64,000 nucleotides of DNA from Myxococcota bacterium. GTDB lineage: Bacteria > Myxococcota_A > Polyangia > Nannocystales > Nannocystaceae. The translations under genes were made by a program, and so were the position numbers. The notes beneath the pieces were generated by a model. It was not told the origin of the DNA and ran no database searches. It saw only the letters and a program-made list of their open reading frames with translations. The DNA is taken from the NCBI GenBank assembly GCA_039028615.1, contig JBCCHT010000041.1, positions 1-64,000 on the forward strand, given 5' to 3'. Position 1 is the stretch's first letter, and the number at the start of each line of letters is the position of its first letter. Shown piece by piece: positions 41,306 to 53,478 of the stretch.

Positions 41306-43024
41306 ATGGGCCCCGCTTCCGTCGCGCTCTGCGCCTTTGCCGCCTACTTTCTGGGCTATCGGATTTACTCGCGCTTCCTCGCGCGCAGCGTGTTCAAGCT
41401 CGACGACTCGCGCCCCACGCCCGCCCATACCCTCCGCGACGAAGTCGACTACGTCCCCACGCGCCCGTCGATCCTCTTTGGCCATCACTTCGCCTCGATC
41501 ACCGGGCTCGCCCCGATGCTGGGCCCCGCCGTGGCGGTGATCTGGGGCTGGCTCCCCGCCGTGTTGTGGGTCGTGTTCGGAGCGATCTTCGTCGGCTGCG
41601 TGCACGACTTCTCCGCGATGGTCTTGTCGGTGCGCAACGACGGCAAGTCCGTCGGCGAGGTCGCGCGCGACGTCATCAGCCCCACCGCACGCACGCTGTT
41701 TCACTTCATCATCTTCTTCGGCGTCGCGCTGGCGATGGGCGTGTTCGTCTTCATCATCGCCAAGCTCTTCTCGCTCGAGCTTTCCAAGGGTCACCCCGGC
41801 TATCCGCAGGCGGTGCTGCCCTCGGGGTTGCTGATCGTGGTGGCGATGATCGGCGGCTGGCTGCTGTACCGCCGCGGCATCCCGCTTTTGTGGGTCGCGA
41901 TCGTCGGCTTCGTGCTCGAGCTGGTGGGGATCGGCCTGGGCATGGCCTTCCCGACCCTCGGGCTCGACCCCTCGGCCTGGCCCACGGGCGGCACCTGGAC
42001 CCTCATCCTGCTCGGCTATGCGTTCATCGCCTCGGTCTTGCCGGTCTGGGCCCTGCTGCAGGCCCGCGACTTCCTCAACGCGCTGCTGCTGTACCTGGGG
42101 CTGGGCCTGGCGTTCCTCGGCCTGCTCTTCGGCGGGCACGAGTTTGCCGCGCCCGCCACCCGCTTCTCCCCCGACGGCGCGCCGTCCATCGTGCCCTTCG
42201 TGTTCATCGTGGTCGCATGCGGGGCGGCGAGCGGCTTCCACGGGCTGGTCAGCTCCGGCACCACCGCCAAGCAACTCGACAAGGAGACCGACGCGCGCCC
42301 GGTGGGCTACGGAGCGATGATCGGCGAGAGCCTGCTGGGCCTTTTGGCCACGCTGGCCTGCACCGCGGGCATCAGCACCCCCGAGCGTTGGCACAGCGTC
42401 TATCACGACTGGAGCGGCGTGCAGGCGCTCGAGATGAAGATCGACACCTTCATCCAGGGCACCACCACCTTCCTCGTCAGCCTGGGCCTGCCCGCCGATG
42501 CTTCGGCCGCCCTCATCGCCATGGTGGTCGTGTCGTTCGCGTTGACCACCCTCGACTCCGCGACGCGACTGCTTCGCTTCAACATCGAGGAGATCGGAGC
42601 CACGTTCCGCATCCCCGGCAGCAGCAATCGCTACGTCGCGTCCGCTCTCGCGTGTGCCGTGATCGCGGTGTTCGCTTTCTACGAGGTCGACGTGGTCGGA
42701 CCCGGCGGCGCGGTGAGCCAGCGCCCGGCCGGCCTCGCGCTGTGGCAGCTGTTCGGCACCACCAACCAGCTACTCGCGGGACTCACCCTGGTGATGGTCA
42801 CGCTGTACCTTCGCCACCGACGCCTGCCCGCCTGGCCCGCCGCGCTGCCCGCCATCGGCATGCTCGCCTCGACCATCGGGGCGATGGTGGTGAACCTCTC
42901 CAAGTTCACCGATCCCCTCCTCCGCGGCGTGGGGATCGTCCTGATCGTGCTCGGCGTCGGCGTCCTGCTGGAGAGCGCGCGAGCGATGTTGCGCCCCCGC
43001 CCCGCCCCTCCCACGGACCCATAG
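41306..43024 (+). CDS. cstA: Carbon starvation protein A (peptide/pyruvate transporter family)
   Basis: TPAH...[76 protein letters not shown]. Confidence 0.95.
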   Translation: MGPASVALCAFAAYFLGYRIYSRFLARSVFKLDDSRPTPAHTLRDEVDYVPTRPSILFGHHFASITGLAPMLGPAVAVIWGWLPAVLWVVFGAIFVGCVHDFSAMVLSVRNDGKSVGEVARDVISPTARTLFHFIIFFGVALAMGVFVFIIAKLFSLELSKGHPGYPQAVLPSGLLIVVAMIGGWLLYRRGIPLLWVAIVGFVLELVGIGLGMAFPTLGLDPSAWPTGGTWTLILLGYAFIASVLPVWALLQARDFLNALLLYLGLGLAFLGLLFGGHEFAAPATRFSPDGAPSIVPFVFIVVACGAASGFHGLVSSGTTAKQLDKETDARPVGYGAMIGESLLGLLATLACTAGISTPERWHSVYHDWSGVQALEMKIDTFIQGTTTFLVSLGLPADASAALIAMVVVSFALTTLDSATRLLRFNIEEIGATFRIPGSSNRYVASALACAVIAVFAFYEVDVVGPGGAVSQRPAGLALWQLFGTTNQLLAGLTLVMVTLYLRHRRLPAWPAALPAIGMLASTIGAMVVNLSKFTDPLLRGVGIVLIVLGVGVLLESARAMLRPRPAPPTDP

Positions 43025-43187
43025 CGAGTCGCCATTTGCGCATGAGCCCGCTCACATCCGCCCCAACAGGCGTGAGCAGGGTGCGTCACGGCCCGCACGC
43101 CGACATGTGCATTTGCCCTCGCGCCCGCGGAGCCATCGGTCTAAAACGCGGGGCGTGACCCCAAGGCGTTCGCGCCAAGGAGGATTG

Positions 43188-44468
<1,281 letters not shown>

Positions 44469-44495
44469 CGCGACCCACCCGACTCGGGTGAAGCC

Positions 44496-44527
44496 AAGAG
44501 CCGCGGCACCATGCTGCGGCTCTTTTG
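44496..44527 (+). terminator. Rho-independent terminator after gltA
   Basis: AAGAGCCGCGGCA-CCA-TGCTGCGGCTCTT ending in a short T-run. Confidence 0.8.
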
Positions 44528-44603
44528 CGTGGTGGGTCGGGCCGCCGTGCGGAGGGCTGCGCGTGGTGGTCGTGGACGGGCCCTGCTACCGTCGCGGGCG
44601 CTC

Positions 44604-45941
44604 ATGGACGATCTGGTTGCTCGCGATAGTCGTGTGCTGTGGCACCCGGCCACCCACTTCGAGGACCTGGCGCGGCTGCCGGTCACGCCGATCGTGGAGG
44701 CCCAGGGGGTCTGGCTCATCGCCGAGGACGGGACGCGGATCCTCGATGGGATCGGGTCGTGGTGGACCTCCATCCACGGGCACGGACACCCGCGGATCGT
44801 CGAAGCGATCCAGCAGCAGGTCGCTCGGCTCGACCACGTGATGTTCGCTGGGTTCACCCATCGGCCCGCGGTGGAGCTGGCGGAGAAGCTCATCGAGGTG
44901 GCGCCGCCCGGCTACGGCAAGGTGTTCTTTGCCGACTGTGGCTCGGCCGCGATCGAGGTGGGGCTGAAGCTGGCGTTTCAGTCCCACCACCAGCGGGGCG
45001 CCACCGAGCGCACGCGCTTTGCCGCGCTGAACAACAGCTACCACGGCGAGACCCTGGGCGCGCTGGCGGTGTCCGGCAGCGACGCCTACCGCAGCACCTT
45101 CGCCCCGCTGCTGCTGAAGCCGCTGTACCTGCCCGTACCCGCGTTCGACGACCACGACCTCGAGGACATCGGCGCCGAGCAGGGCGCGGACAGTGCCGAG
45201 GCGGACGCAGCCGTGGCCGCGTTGACCGAGCACGCCGACGAGCTCGCGGCGCTCATCGTGGAGCCCCTGGTGCAGTGTGCGGGGCGCATGCGCATGATGG
45301 GCACCGGTTTCTACCGCCGCATCGTCGAGCACGCGCAGAGCCTCGGCATCGTGGTCATCGCCGACGAGATCGCGGTGGGCTTCGGCCGCACGGGGCGGCT
45401 GTTCGCCAGCGAGCACGCCGCGGTGCGCCCCGACCTGCTGTGCCTGAGCAAGGGCCTGTCGGGCGGCGTGCTGCCGCTCTCGGCCGTGCTGGTTCGGGCC
45501 GGGTTCGAAGACGACTTCAAGGGCTCTCCCGCCCGCAGCTTCCTGCACAGCCACACCTTCACCGCCAACCCGGTCACCTGCGCGGCGGGGCGGGCGAGCC
45601 TCGGGATCTTCGAGGACGAGGACGTCATCGCTCGGCTGCCCGCCCGGGCGGCCGCCATGGCCGAGCGACGCCGGGAAGTCGCGCGCCGCTGCCCCGCCAT
45701 CGTGCACCACCGCCAGGCGGGCATGATCACGGCGTTCGAAGTCGCTCCACGCGCCGGGCACCCGGGGCCCAAGGACGGCCGCCTCGGCCTGGCCCTGCGC
45801 GAGGCCGCGTTGCGACGAGGGGTGCTGCTGCGCCCACTTCATGACACGATCTACTGGATGCCGGCCCTGTGCATGGACGACGACGCGCTCGACCGCCTGG
45901 CGCAGGTCACCATCGAAGTGGTCGAGGAGGTCCTGGGATGA
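44604..45941 (+). CDS. bioA: Adenosylmethionine-8-amino-7-oxononanoate (DAPA) aminotransferase
   Basis: LWHP.T, DGIGSWWT..HGH, LDHVMFAGFTH, SYHGET, IVEPLVQCAG.M, IADEIAVGFGRTG, CLSKGLSGG, FLHSHT..NP. Confidence 0.93.
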   Translation: MDDLVARDSRVLWHPATHFEDLARLPVTPIVEAQGVWLIAEDGTRILDGIGSWWTSIHGHGHPRIVEAIQQQVARLDHVMFAGFTHRPAVELAEKLIEVAPPGYGKVFFADCGSAAIEVGLKLAFQSHHQRGATERTRFAALNNSYHGETLGALAVSGSDAYRSTFAPLLLKPLYLPVPAFDDHDLEDIGAEQGADSAEADAAVAALTEHADELAALIVEPLVQCAGRMRMMGTGFYRRIVEHAQSLGIVVIADEIAVGFGRTGRLFASEHAAVRPDLLCLSKGLSGGVLPLSAVLVRAGFEDDFKGSPARSFLHSHTFTANPVTCAAGRASLGIFEDEDVIARLPARAAAMAERRREVARRCPAIVHHRQAGMITAFEVAPRAGHPGPKDGRLGLALREAALRRGVLLRPLHDTIYWMPALCMDDDALDRLAQVTIEVVEEVLG

Positions 45942-47308
45942 AGACTCGGGTCGGGCTCGCCGCGGCGCTGCTGCTGCTCACCAGCTGTGGTGAGAGCCTG
46001 CCCACCGTCTCGCTCAAGCTCTCGAAGAACTGCAACCAGCTCGAGGTCGTCACGCTGGCGCCCGCGGTCGGTCAGGGCGAGGACGAAATCGTGCTCGACG
46101 TGGCCGCCGACAGCGGCGTGGGCGACACGGCGTGGGTCTTGGTCCGGCGCACCAACGTGCCCAGCTCCGATGCGCTGGTCGTGCAGAGGGTCGGTCAGCA
46201 GGGCGTGCTCTTCGAGCAGCCGCTGCCCTTTCCCGACGACCTTTGGCCCGCGCTGTCGCTCCAGCCCGATCCAGAGTCGGGACGTGTCTGGGTCATCCGT
46301 CGCGAGCCTGGCGTCTACGAGCTGGTTCGCATCGCGCCCGACGACCTGGCTCGACCGATCCTCGGCTCCGACAACCTCATCGACTTTCCCAGCGACGGGG
46401 GCCTGTGCGCCCCCGTGCCCTGCGACACCAACAACTGGCCGCGCACGCTGATCTTCCTGCCCAACGGGCCCTTGCTGGCCTCGATGCCCCCCTTCTCCGT
46501 CGACGCGGCGCTCACCGTGGAGGTGACGGTCCTCGATACCGACGGCGCGCTCATCCGGCGCACGAACGAGCAGACGCTGAGCTTCGAGCCGCCCTGCTCC
46601 TCCGAGGGTCCCGAGGGCGAGGCGTTCTGTCAGGAGGAGCGCGACAGCCTGCTGTACCCGCAGATCACCATGCTGGGCGTGCAGCAGGACCCGCGCCAAG
46701 ACCAAACCGTGATCTTCGGCCATCGCACGCGACGCATGGTGTTCATGGAGCAGGAGTTCCCCATCGACTCCGCCGACGTGTTCATGGTCACCATCTCGCT
46801 CGAGGGTCAGACGCCGGCCGGGGTGCTGCGCTCGTACTCGGGCTTTTTCTCCGGCTCCGACGGGGCACCCGTTGGGCACTCCCCCACCCCCACCACCGAG
46901 CCCCCCTTCGGCGTGGCCATCGATCGCTTCGCGTCCTACGGCTTGTTCACCAACGGCGGCGTCGTGCCACGCCTGGTGCAGCTGCCCTACGACAACCCCG
47001 ACTTCGAAGAGCTCACCGCCCGCTCGCCGCTGTCGCTCGACTCCCAGTTGCTGCAAATGGACCGCGATCTGGCGCTGGGGCACGTCCGCGACGGGAACTG
47101 GGAGCTCATCAAGTTCTTCCCCGACGATCCGTCTCGCTCGGGCGAGTTCACCTACCGCACCGACGCCCCCATCGAAGAGGCGGTCGCGGGCGGCGTGGGC
47201 ACCTTCATGCTGCGCAAGACCGACACCGTGCCCGAGGTCGTGCGCGTGCGCTGCGTGGAGGACGAGGCCGAGCTCGAGCCCGAGCTCGACGTCGAGACCA
47301 CCAACTGA
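45938..47308 (+). CDS. Hypothetical lipoprotein
   Basis: MKTRVGLAAALLLLTS-C lipobox; ATGA overlap with the bioA stop; GAGGAGG upstream. Confidence 0.8.
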   Translation: MKTRVGLAAALLLLTSCGESLPTVSLKLSKNCNQLEVVTLAPAVGQGEDEIVLDVAADSGVGDTAWVLVRRTNVPSSDALVVQRVGQQGVLFEQPLPFPDDLWPALSLQPDPESGRVWVIRREPGVYELVRIAPDDLARPILGSDNLIDFPSDGGLCAPVPCDTNNWPRTLIFLPNGPLLASMPPFSVDAALTVEVTVLDTDGALIRRTNEQTLSFEPPCSSEGPEGEAFCQEERDSLLYPQITMLGVQQDPRQDQTVIFGHRTRRMVFMEQEFPIDSADVFMVTISLEGQTPAGVLRSYSGFFSGSDGAPVGHSPTPTTEPPFGVAIDRFASYGLFTNGGVVPRLVQLPYDNPDFEELTARSPLSLDSQLLQMDRDLALGHVRDGNWELIKFFPDDPSRSGEFTYRTDAPIEEAVAGGVGTFMLRKTDTVPEVVRVRCVEDEAELEPELDVETTN

Positions 47309-47325
47309 GCGGTGTTCGAAACGAA

Positions 47326-47365
47326 CGAAGCGACCGGTGAACCCGTGGGTTCACCCGCCGCTTCG
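47326..47365. terminator. Hairpin between convergent genes
   Basis: CGAAGCG-acc-GGTGAACCC-gt-GGGTTCACC-cgc-CGCTTCG. Confidence 0.65.
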
Positions 47366-47389
47366 GGTGGGCCGTAGCCGAGGGCCGAA

Positions 47390-48511
47390 TCAGCCGCCGT
47401 CGACCGCGGTGGCCACGTCGCGCAGGTTCTCGGGCGGGAAGAACGCCTGGGCCGGGATGGTCTCCTTGGCCCCGCCGTCCTTGGACCAGCTGAGGGTCAG
47501 GCCCGCCTCGGTGTCGGCGCCCTGGTAGTACAGCAAGTCCAGACCGTACTCGCCGGGCTCGACGAACAGGACCTCGCACTCTTCACGGGTCGCTCCCGAG
47601 CCGTCGACGTCGACGATGGGCGTCTGGTCGAGGAAGAGCAGCGCGCCGTCGCCCGCCGCCAGGCAAATCTCGTACTCACCGCTCTCGACGATGTTGAGCG
47701 AGCCCTGGAAGTGGATGCCGAAGCTCTGGGTCAGGCCCGCGACGCCGTTGGCCGCTTCACCGGCCGGGACATCGAGGTCGTCGACGCCGATGAGTGCCAC
47801 GGGGGCGCCGAGCTCGTTGAAGTTCGGCACCTCGGTCGCGCCCGCGTCGACGGGGTAGACCATGCCCATCAGGCCGTGACCGACGATGGTGCGCGGCTGG
47901 CCGAAGGCGCCGTCGGCCGCGGTGCCGACGAAGGTCCCCTGGCTCTTGGCTCGGTTGCGCTTGTTCATGCGCTTGGTGCCCTTGCCGACCTCGGCGGCGC
48001 CCTTCCCCTCGGCGAGGACCTTGGCCACGATGACGCCCGGAGTGACCTCGACCACCTCGGCCTTCTTGCCGCCGATGAAGACGTTGGCCTTCGAGGCGTC
48101 CTCGGGGAAATCCGAGCCGTAGATTTCGACCACGCTGCCCACGGGAGCGGAGGTCGGGAACATACCGGCGACCTCGAACTCGGCCTTGAGGTTGGTGGGC
48201 GTCGGTCGGGGCTTGTCGCCACCCGAGACCGGAGGCTTCGCTGTGGTCAGGGTCACTCGCTTACCGAGTCGACCACCGCCGTCGCGCGTCGAGGTGGAGG
48301 AGCGGGGCTTGGGCCGCTCGGTGGGCGTGGCCGCCGTGTTGCCACCGTCGGCCGGGGTCGAACCCCCGTCCGCGGCTCCACCCTCGTCGGTCTCGGAGTA
48401 GAAACCGTCGTAGGTGCCGGCGTCGGGGTTCTCGGAGTCTTGCGACTTGTTGGAGGCGCAAGCGACGCTCAGCGCGAGACAGGCGAGCAGGAAGGAATGC
48501 GAGCGAATCAT
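47390..48511 (-). CDS. Lipoprotein with IPT/TIG and PA14 domains
   Basis: Lipobox SVA-C; TIG-like (P.SAPVGSVVEIYGSDF...V.IGG..A.V); PA14-like (FGIHFQGSLNI..SGEY....GDGA.LFLD...L.L.YYQ...L.LSW). Confidence 0.8.
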   Translation of the reverse strand: MIRSHSFLLACLALSVACASNKSQDSENPDAGTYDGFYSETDEGGAADGGSTPADGGNTAATPTERPKPRSSTSTRDGGGRLGKRVTLTTAKPPVSGGDKPRPTPTNLKAEFEVAGMFPTSAPVGSVVEIYGSDFPEDASKANVFIGGKKAEVVEVTPGVIVAKVLAEGKGAAEVGKGTKRMNKRNRAKSQGTFVGTAADGAFGQPRTIVGHGLMGMVYPVDAGATEVPNFNELGAPVALIGVDDLDVPAGEAANGVAGLTQSFGIHFQGSLNIVESGEYEICLAAGDGALLFLDQTPIVDVDGSGATREECEVLFVEPGEYGLDLLYYQGADTEAGLTLSWSKDGGAKETIPAQAFFPPENLRDVATAVDGG

Positions 48512-48710
48512 GGTGATGCTGTCCTTGGTCCTTGCGGGTGCGGGTGGTCAGACGCAGGTCCGTGGGGCGGCATTCAGGCCCTAGCGCTGATGGCGCAAAA
48601 TGCCCCGCTGTGGCCCTGCGGGTGCCACGCCCGGGCATCATCGGGCACCGCGCCCAGGGCTGCAACTGGCGCTTCGGGCCGGTCGCCACAGTGGAGCCCA
48701 ACGCTCCCGC

Positions 48711-49457
48711 TCACGTGTCGCGATTGCGGGCGCGCAGGCGAACTTTGCCCCGCACCGTGGCGACCTCGAACTCGACCTTGGAGCCATGTCGCTCGCGGAG
48801 CTTGGGCAGCTCACGGCTGAGTTTTCGCGCCAGGGCCCGCACGGTGAGCCCCTGGGTGTCCTCGCCCGCCGCCTTCTTGGCCTGAACGAGGTTATCGAAC
48901 AGCTGTTTGACCTCGGTGTTCTTCATGCCGGGCACCGCCTGAGCGGGCGACGGACGCTTGCCCGCGCGCGGCGGCGGGGGTGGAGGCGGCACCCCGGGGG
49001 GACGTGGCGTGGTCGGGTTTGCCGCAGCGGCCACGGACGGCGATGCGGCGGCCTCGGCCTCCTCGGGCGTCGGCTCGGGGACCCGCCGGGTCTTCTCGAG
49101 CGCGGCAATCGCCTCCTGGCGACGGGCCGATCTCATCTGGAGATCTCGACGGTACGTGCCCTTTTCGATCTGCCCCAGGATCCGGGTCCAGTAGTGCTGG
49201 TACGTGACCAGCCGCGCCCGCAGGCCCTGCATCCGAAAGCGCAGGACCGTGGTGCGCATGTGCTCTTTTTGGAGCTGCCTCAGGTGCAGCTTGACCTTGC
49301 GATGCCTCGCGGTCGGAGGCGTGCGCTCGACCCCGAGAAAGTACTTTTCGTACGCAATGCGCAGATCCTCGATCGCCTCCTCGAAGGCATCGAGCAAGCG
49401 AGCCAGCTCCGCAGACGAAGCCGTGTTGTCGCCCCCCTTGGCCAAGCGTGCGGGCAT
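48711..49457 (-). CDS. MXAN_5187 C-terminal domain-like protein
   Basis: LR..YE.YFLG.ER.PP, FR...L.AR...Y..YW.R.L..IE.G.Y.RD, and C-terminal KQLF..L..AK...GE...VEFEV....GKV.LRA. Recognised by resemblance; start uncertain. Confidence 0.65.
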   Translation of the reverse strand: MPARLAKGGDNTASSAELARLLDAFEEAIEDLRIAYEKYFLGVERTPPTARHRKVKLHLRQLQKEHMRTTVLRFRMQGLRARLVTYQHYWTRILGQIEKGTYRRDLQMRSARRQEAIAALEKTRRVPEPTPEEAEAAASPSVAAAANPTTPRPPGVPPPPPPPRAGKRPSPAQAVPGMKNTEVKQLFDNLVQAKKAAGEDTQGLTVRALARKLSRELPKLRERHGSKVEFEVATVRGKVRLRARNRDT

Positions 49458-49562
49458 CGTAGCACGCAGACCCACCCCCGCGATGACGCAGCTCCCGCAC
49501 TCGAACGCATCGAGCGGACTTTGCGCCAGACAACTCCGCTCCGTGATCTATGCTCGCGGTTC

Positions 49563-51206
49563 GTGGGCAACTTCTGGGCCTTCATCCTGCTCATCGGGCC
49601 ACTCATCCTGATCCATGAGCTCGGGCATCTGATCGCGGCCAAGCTGGTCGACGTCAAGGCGCCGCGTTTTTCCATCGGCTTCGGGCCCGCCCTGCTCAAG
49701 TTCCGACTGGGCGAGACGGAGTACTGGCTCGCCCCGATCTTGCTCGGCGGCTACGTCAAGCTGCTCGGTCAGGATCCCAGCGAACGCGTCTCGCCCGGCG
49801 AGGCCGATCGGTCGCTGTCGTCCAAGCCGATGTGGGCCCGCATGTTCGTGCTCAGCGCGGGGCCGGCCGCCAACCTGCTGCTGCCCATCTTCCTGTACTT
49901 CCTGTACTTCCTCGCACTGGCTCCGACTGCGGTGCCCCCAGCCGTGATCGGTACCGTCGTCGACGGCACCGCGGCCGACCAGGCCGAGCTGCAGCAGGGC
50001 GACCGCATCGTCGCCATCGATGGCGAGGACGTTCGCTCGTGGCGGGACATGAGTCAGCGAATCGCCGACGCGCCCGGGCGCGAGCTGGAGCTACAGATCG
50101 AGCGGGACAGCGAGCGCATCGACCGCGTCGTCACGCCGCAGAAGCGAATGCACCGCAACGCGCTCGGGGTTTCCATCCCCATGGGCCGCCTGGGCGTGCT
50201 GCGGCGCTTCTACGCTCCGCAGATCGGCATCATCGACGACGAGTCGCCCGCCTACGCCGAAGGCCTGCGTACCGGAGACGTCATCACCTCGATCAACGGC
50301 GAGCCCGTGCGCACCATCGAGGAGCTCGAGCGCATGCTCGAGGGTACGGGCGACAGCCTCGTGCGCCTGACCTACCTGCGCGCCGAGCCGGTGGCGGGTC
50401 CGCTGGGCACCTACTTGTTCTACGAGTCGGCCCACGCCCAGCTGCTGCCGCGCAAGGACGAGGACGGCAAGCTCACCACCGGGCTGCTGCCCGCCAACGC
50501 CTTCATTCGCCACGTCGACGCGGGCTCACCCGCCGAGCGAGCGGGCATTCGCTCCGGCGACCGCATCCTCGAGGTCGACGACGTCGCCTTCTCCAAGTGG
50601 GAGTTCTTGCGCGAGGTCCTGTACCAGAAGCAGGAACGCCCCATCACCCTGGTCGTGCAGTCGCTGGGCGAGGCCAAGCCCCGCAAGATCGAAGTCGCCC
50701 AAGAGATTCGAACGTGGCGCGACATCTACAAGCAGGATCGCCAGTCGCTGTGGTTCGGGGCCACGCCCTACGAAAAGTGGACCCTCGCCCCGCCCGAGCC
50801 CATCCGCGGCCGCTTCACCTACGCCCTGGCCTCCGCCCTCGAGGAGACGGGCGCGGTCATGTCGATGATGTGGACCACCCTGCAGCAGCTGCTGACCTTC
50901 GAGCGTGGCGTCGAAGACCTCTCCAGCGTCGTCGGCCTGTTCAACGTGGCGGGCACCGCCGCCGAGCAAGGGCCCTCCGAGTTCCTGATCTTGATGGCCT
51001 TGCTGTCCATCAACCTCGGCTTCGTGAACCTGCTGCCGATCCCCGTGCTCGATGGCGGGCATCTCATGCTCTACGCGATCGAGACCGTGCGTAGAAAACC
51101 GCTCGGGCAGCGGGCACGGGAGATCACGACCGCCGTCGGCTTGGTGATCATCTTGCTGCTGGTGCTCATCGCGGCGCGCAACGACATCGTGCGGTACTGG
51201 CTATGA
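49563..51206 (+). CDS. rseP: RIP metalloprotease RseP (M50B) with multiple PDZ domains
   Basis: HELGH, FSIGFGP, LGGYVK, AGP.AN, three PDZ-like G-D-[RV]-I repeats, NLG..NLLPIPVLDGG; GTG start at 49563. Confidence 0.93.
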   Translation: MGNFWAFILLIGPLILIHELGHLIAAKLVDVKAPRFSIGFGPALLKFRLGETEYWLAPILLGGYVKLLGQDPSERVSPGEADRSLSSKPMWARMFVLSAGPAANLLLPIFLYFLYFLALAPTAVPPAVIGTVVDGTAADQAELQQGDRIVAIDGEDVRSWRDMSQRIADAPGRELELQIERDSERIDRVVTPQKRMHRNALGVSIPMGRLGVLRRFYAPQIGIIDDESPAYAEGLRTGDVITSINGEPVRTIEELERMLEGTGDSLVRLTYLRAEPVAGPLGTYLFYESAHAQLLPRKDEDGKLTTGLLPANAFIRHVDAGSPAERAGIRSGDRILEVDDVAFSKWEFLREVLYQKQERPITLVVQSLGEAKPRKIEVAQEIRTWRDIYKQDRQSLWFGATPYEKWTLAPPEPIRGRFTYALASALEETGAVMSMMWTTLQQLLTFERGVEDLSSVVGLFNVAGTAAEQGPSEFLILMALLSINLGFVNLLPIPVLDGGHLMLYAIETVRRKPLGQRAREITTAVGLVIILLLVLIAARNDIVRYWL

Positions 51207-51952
51207 AGTGGCTCCTGGCCTTCGATGCCTCGACGCCGCGCTGCGTGATCGCCCTGGGGCGAGCAAGCGCCGAGCGTCACGAGCTGGTCGTTGCCGACGA
51301 CCAGGACGAGGTCCAGAACCAGGCCTCCGTACGGCTGTTTCCGCGGATCGAGCAGGTACTGTCGCAGGCGGGGATCGAGGCGAACGAGCTGGCGGCCGTC
51401 GCCTGCGGCCGTGGGCCGGGTACCTTCACCGGGACTCGAGTCGCGGTCGCGAGCGCCAAGGGGCTGGCCTATGGGCTCGGGTGTCCCGTCGTCCCGATCA
51501 GCACGCTCGGGGCGGTCGCCGCCAGTGCCGATCACGAGGGCTCGGTGTTGGCGATCACCGACGCGCGACGCAGCGAGGTCTACGGCGGGCTGTGGCGCTG
51601 CGTGGGGCTGTCGGGCAATGCTACTCCAACCGTCGAGGCGGTCGATGACGAACAGGTCATCGGTCTGTCGGCGCTGCTCGAGGGCCTCGCCCCGCGACCG
51701 GAGGACCTGCGAGTCGTCGGTAGTGGGGTCGAGCCTTATCGGCAGGTCTTGGTCGACGCGGGACTCGAGGGCCAATCGCAGGCGCTGCCCGGACCGAGCG
51801 CGAAGGGTCTGTGGGCGGTCGCCACGGCCGCGTGGGTCGCCGAGCAAGCGTGTCATCCCGCCGCGCTCGATGCCGTGTACCTGCGAGCCAGCTACGCCGA
51901 GATGGGGCTCAACACGCCCAAGCGCCCCTTCGTGAAGAGCCCCTTCGTGTGA
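51203..51952 (+). CDS. tsaB: tRNA t6A biosynthesis protein TsaB
   Basis: LLAFDAST, VACGRGPGTFTG.RV....AKGLA, ISTL, DARR.EVY; ATGA overlap with rseP. Confidence 0.92.
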   Translation: MKWLLAFDASTPRCVIALGRASAERHELVVADDQDEVQNQASVRLFPRIEQVLSQAGIEANELAAVACGRGPGTFTGTRVAVASAKGLAYGLGCPVVPISTLGAVAASADHEGSVLAITDARRSEVYGGLWRCVGLSGNATPTVEAVDDEQVIGLSALLEGLAPRPEDLRVVGSGVEPYRQVLVDAGLEGQSQALPGPSAKGLWAVATAAWVAEQACHPAALDAVYLRASYAEMGLNTPKRPFVKSPFV

Positions 51953-51963
51953 TCACGACCCGG

Positions 51964-53328
51964 CTACGCGGGTGGCTCGGGCAGGTCGACGATGACGAGC
52001 TTGAGGAACTCGTCGCCGGCCGTCATCTCGTAGGGCGTCGCGGCGGGCACCCGCACGCAGACGCCGGGTCGCAAGTCCCGAGTGTCGTCGCCCTGCCGCA
52101 GGGTCCCCTGGCCGACGGTCACCACCCAGCAGCGGTCGCGGTCGTGCGAGCCGGCGAGGACCTGTCCCGGGCGAATCTCCACCGCGCCCACGTCGGCGCC
52201 CACCGAGGTCCCGAGGTGCTCCTGCCGGCCCCACGCGTGATGCCGGATGGGATGAGCCTCGGCTTCGACCCGCCCCTGCCCGCGCAGCGTCTCGACGATG
52301 CCCTTGACCTGCTGGCTTCGCTTGCGCGGGGCGACGAGGACGGAGTCGGCCGTCTCGACGACGACCATGTCCTGCAGACCGACGGCGGTCAGCAGGCGAT
52401 GGCGAGCGTGCAGCAGGGTGCCGCGGCAGTCGGTGGCGATGACGTCGCCTTCGCAGACGTTGTCGTCGGCGTCTTTGGTGCCGACCTCGTGCAGCGCCGC
52501 CCACGAGCCGACATCGCTCCAGCCCGCGTCCAGCGGCACCACGACCGCGCGCGAGGTCTTTTCCATGACGGCATAGTCGATCGAGTCGGACGGGCAGGCC
52601 TCGAAGGCATCGGCGTCGACGTCCACCACGACGCCACGACGGGTCGCGGCCTCGAAGGCCCGTTCGCAGGCCTCGCGCATCTTCGGCCGATGCTGCCGCA
52701 GCTCCTCGAGATAGGTCGCGGCCGAGAACAAGAACATGCCGCTGTTCCAGTAGTAGCCGCCGGAGTCGAGGTAGCGCTGCGCGGTGGCGGCATTGGGCTT
52801 CTCGACGAAGGACCGCACCCGGCTGGGCTGCCCCGGGGTGGCGGCCTTGATGTAGCCGTAGCCGGTGTGGGCGCTGCGGGGCACGACGCCGAAGGTCACC
52901 AGCTTGCCCGCCTCGGCCAGCGGGCGCCCCTCGTCCACGGCCGTACGAAAGGCGGGCTCGTCCAGCACGACGTGGTCCGCGGGCAGCACGAGCAGCAGCG
53001 GCGAAGGCTCGCCCGCGGGGGTGCTCGCCTGGGCGGCGAGGGCGGCCAGCGCGACGGCGGGCGCGGTGTTGCGCCCCATCGGCTCCACGAGGATCGCCGC
53101 GGCCGGGGCATCGATGTCGGCGAGCTGCTCCTGCACCAGCAGGCTCTGCTGTGCGTTGCAGGCCACGAGCGGGGACTCGAGTCCGCTGAGGCCCCGCAGG
53201 CGCTCGACCGTCTGTTGCAGCATGGTCGCGTCACCCACGAGCGGCAGCAGCTGCTTGGGGTGAAGACGACGCGAAACCGGCCATAGCCGTGTGCCCGACC
53301 CACCCGAGAGCACCACTGGGATCAGCAT
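51964..53328 (-). CDS. manC: Mannose-1-phosphate guanylyltransferase with degenerate C-terminal cupin
   Basis: PVVLSGGSGTRLWP.SR...PKQ, EP.GRNTAPA, PADH, TGYGYI, FVEKP, WNSGMF, SIDYAVMEK, GWSDVGSW. Confidence 0.92.
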   Translation of the reverse strand: MLIPVVLSGGSGTRLWPVSRRLHPKQLLPLVGDATMLQQTVERLRGLSGLESPLVACNAQQSLLVQEQLADIDAPAAAILVEPMGRNTAPAVALAALAAQASTPAGEPSPLLLVLPADHVVLDEPAFRTAVDEGRPLAEAGKLVTFGVVPRSAHTGYGYIKAATPGQPSRVRSFVEKPNAATAQRYLDSGGYYWNSGMFLFSAATYLEELRQHRPKMREACERAFEAATRRGVVVDVDADAFEACPSDSIDYAVMEKTSRAVVVPLDAGWSDVGSWAALHEVGTKDADDNVCEGDVIATDCRGTLLHARHRLLTAVGLQDMVVVETADSVLVAPRKRSQQVKGIVETLRGQGRVEAEAHPIRHHAWGRQEHLGTSVGADVGAVEIRPGQVLAGSHDRDRCWVVTVGQGTLRQGDDTRDLRPGVCVRVPAATPYEMTAGDEFLKLVIVDLPEPPA

Positions 53329-53478
53329 GGTCGCTCCGTAGCGGGTGGGTGGTGCACGTCGTGGTTCATGGTCGTGGTCAGCGCCGTTTTGCGCCCCGCA
53401 CCGTAGACCATCCCGCTCGGCTCGGACATCCCCGGCCGGGCTTGCGCGCGGGCCCGGCGACGGGCCAACGTCTCGGGG

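Noticed and set aside
44604..45941. bioA without other bio genes nearby
   Set aside because: Scattered biotin genes are common; nothing unusual in the sequence.
48600..49562. N-terminal extension of rseP in the 868-aa ORF
   Set aside because: It overlaps the real minus-strand gene 48711-49457, and RseP homology begins at about 49563.
49563..51952. RseP with three PDZ domains coupled to tsaB
   Set aside because: PDZ number varies in M50B proteases; this is an ordinary housekeeping arrangement.
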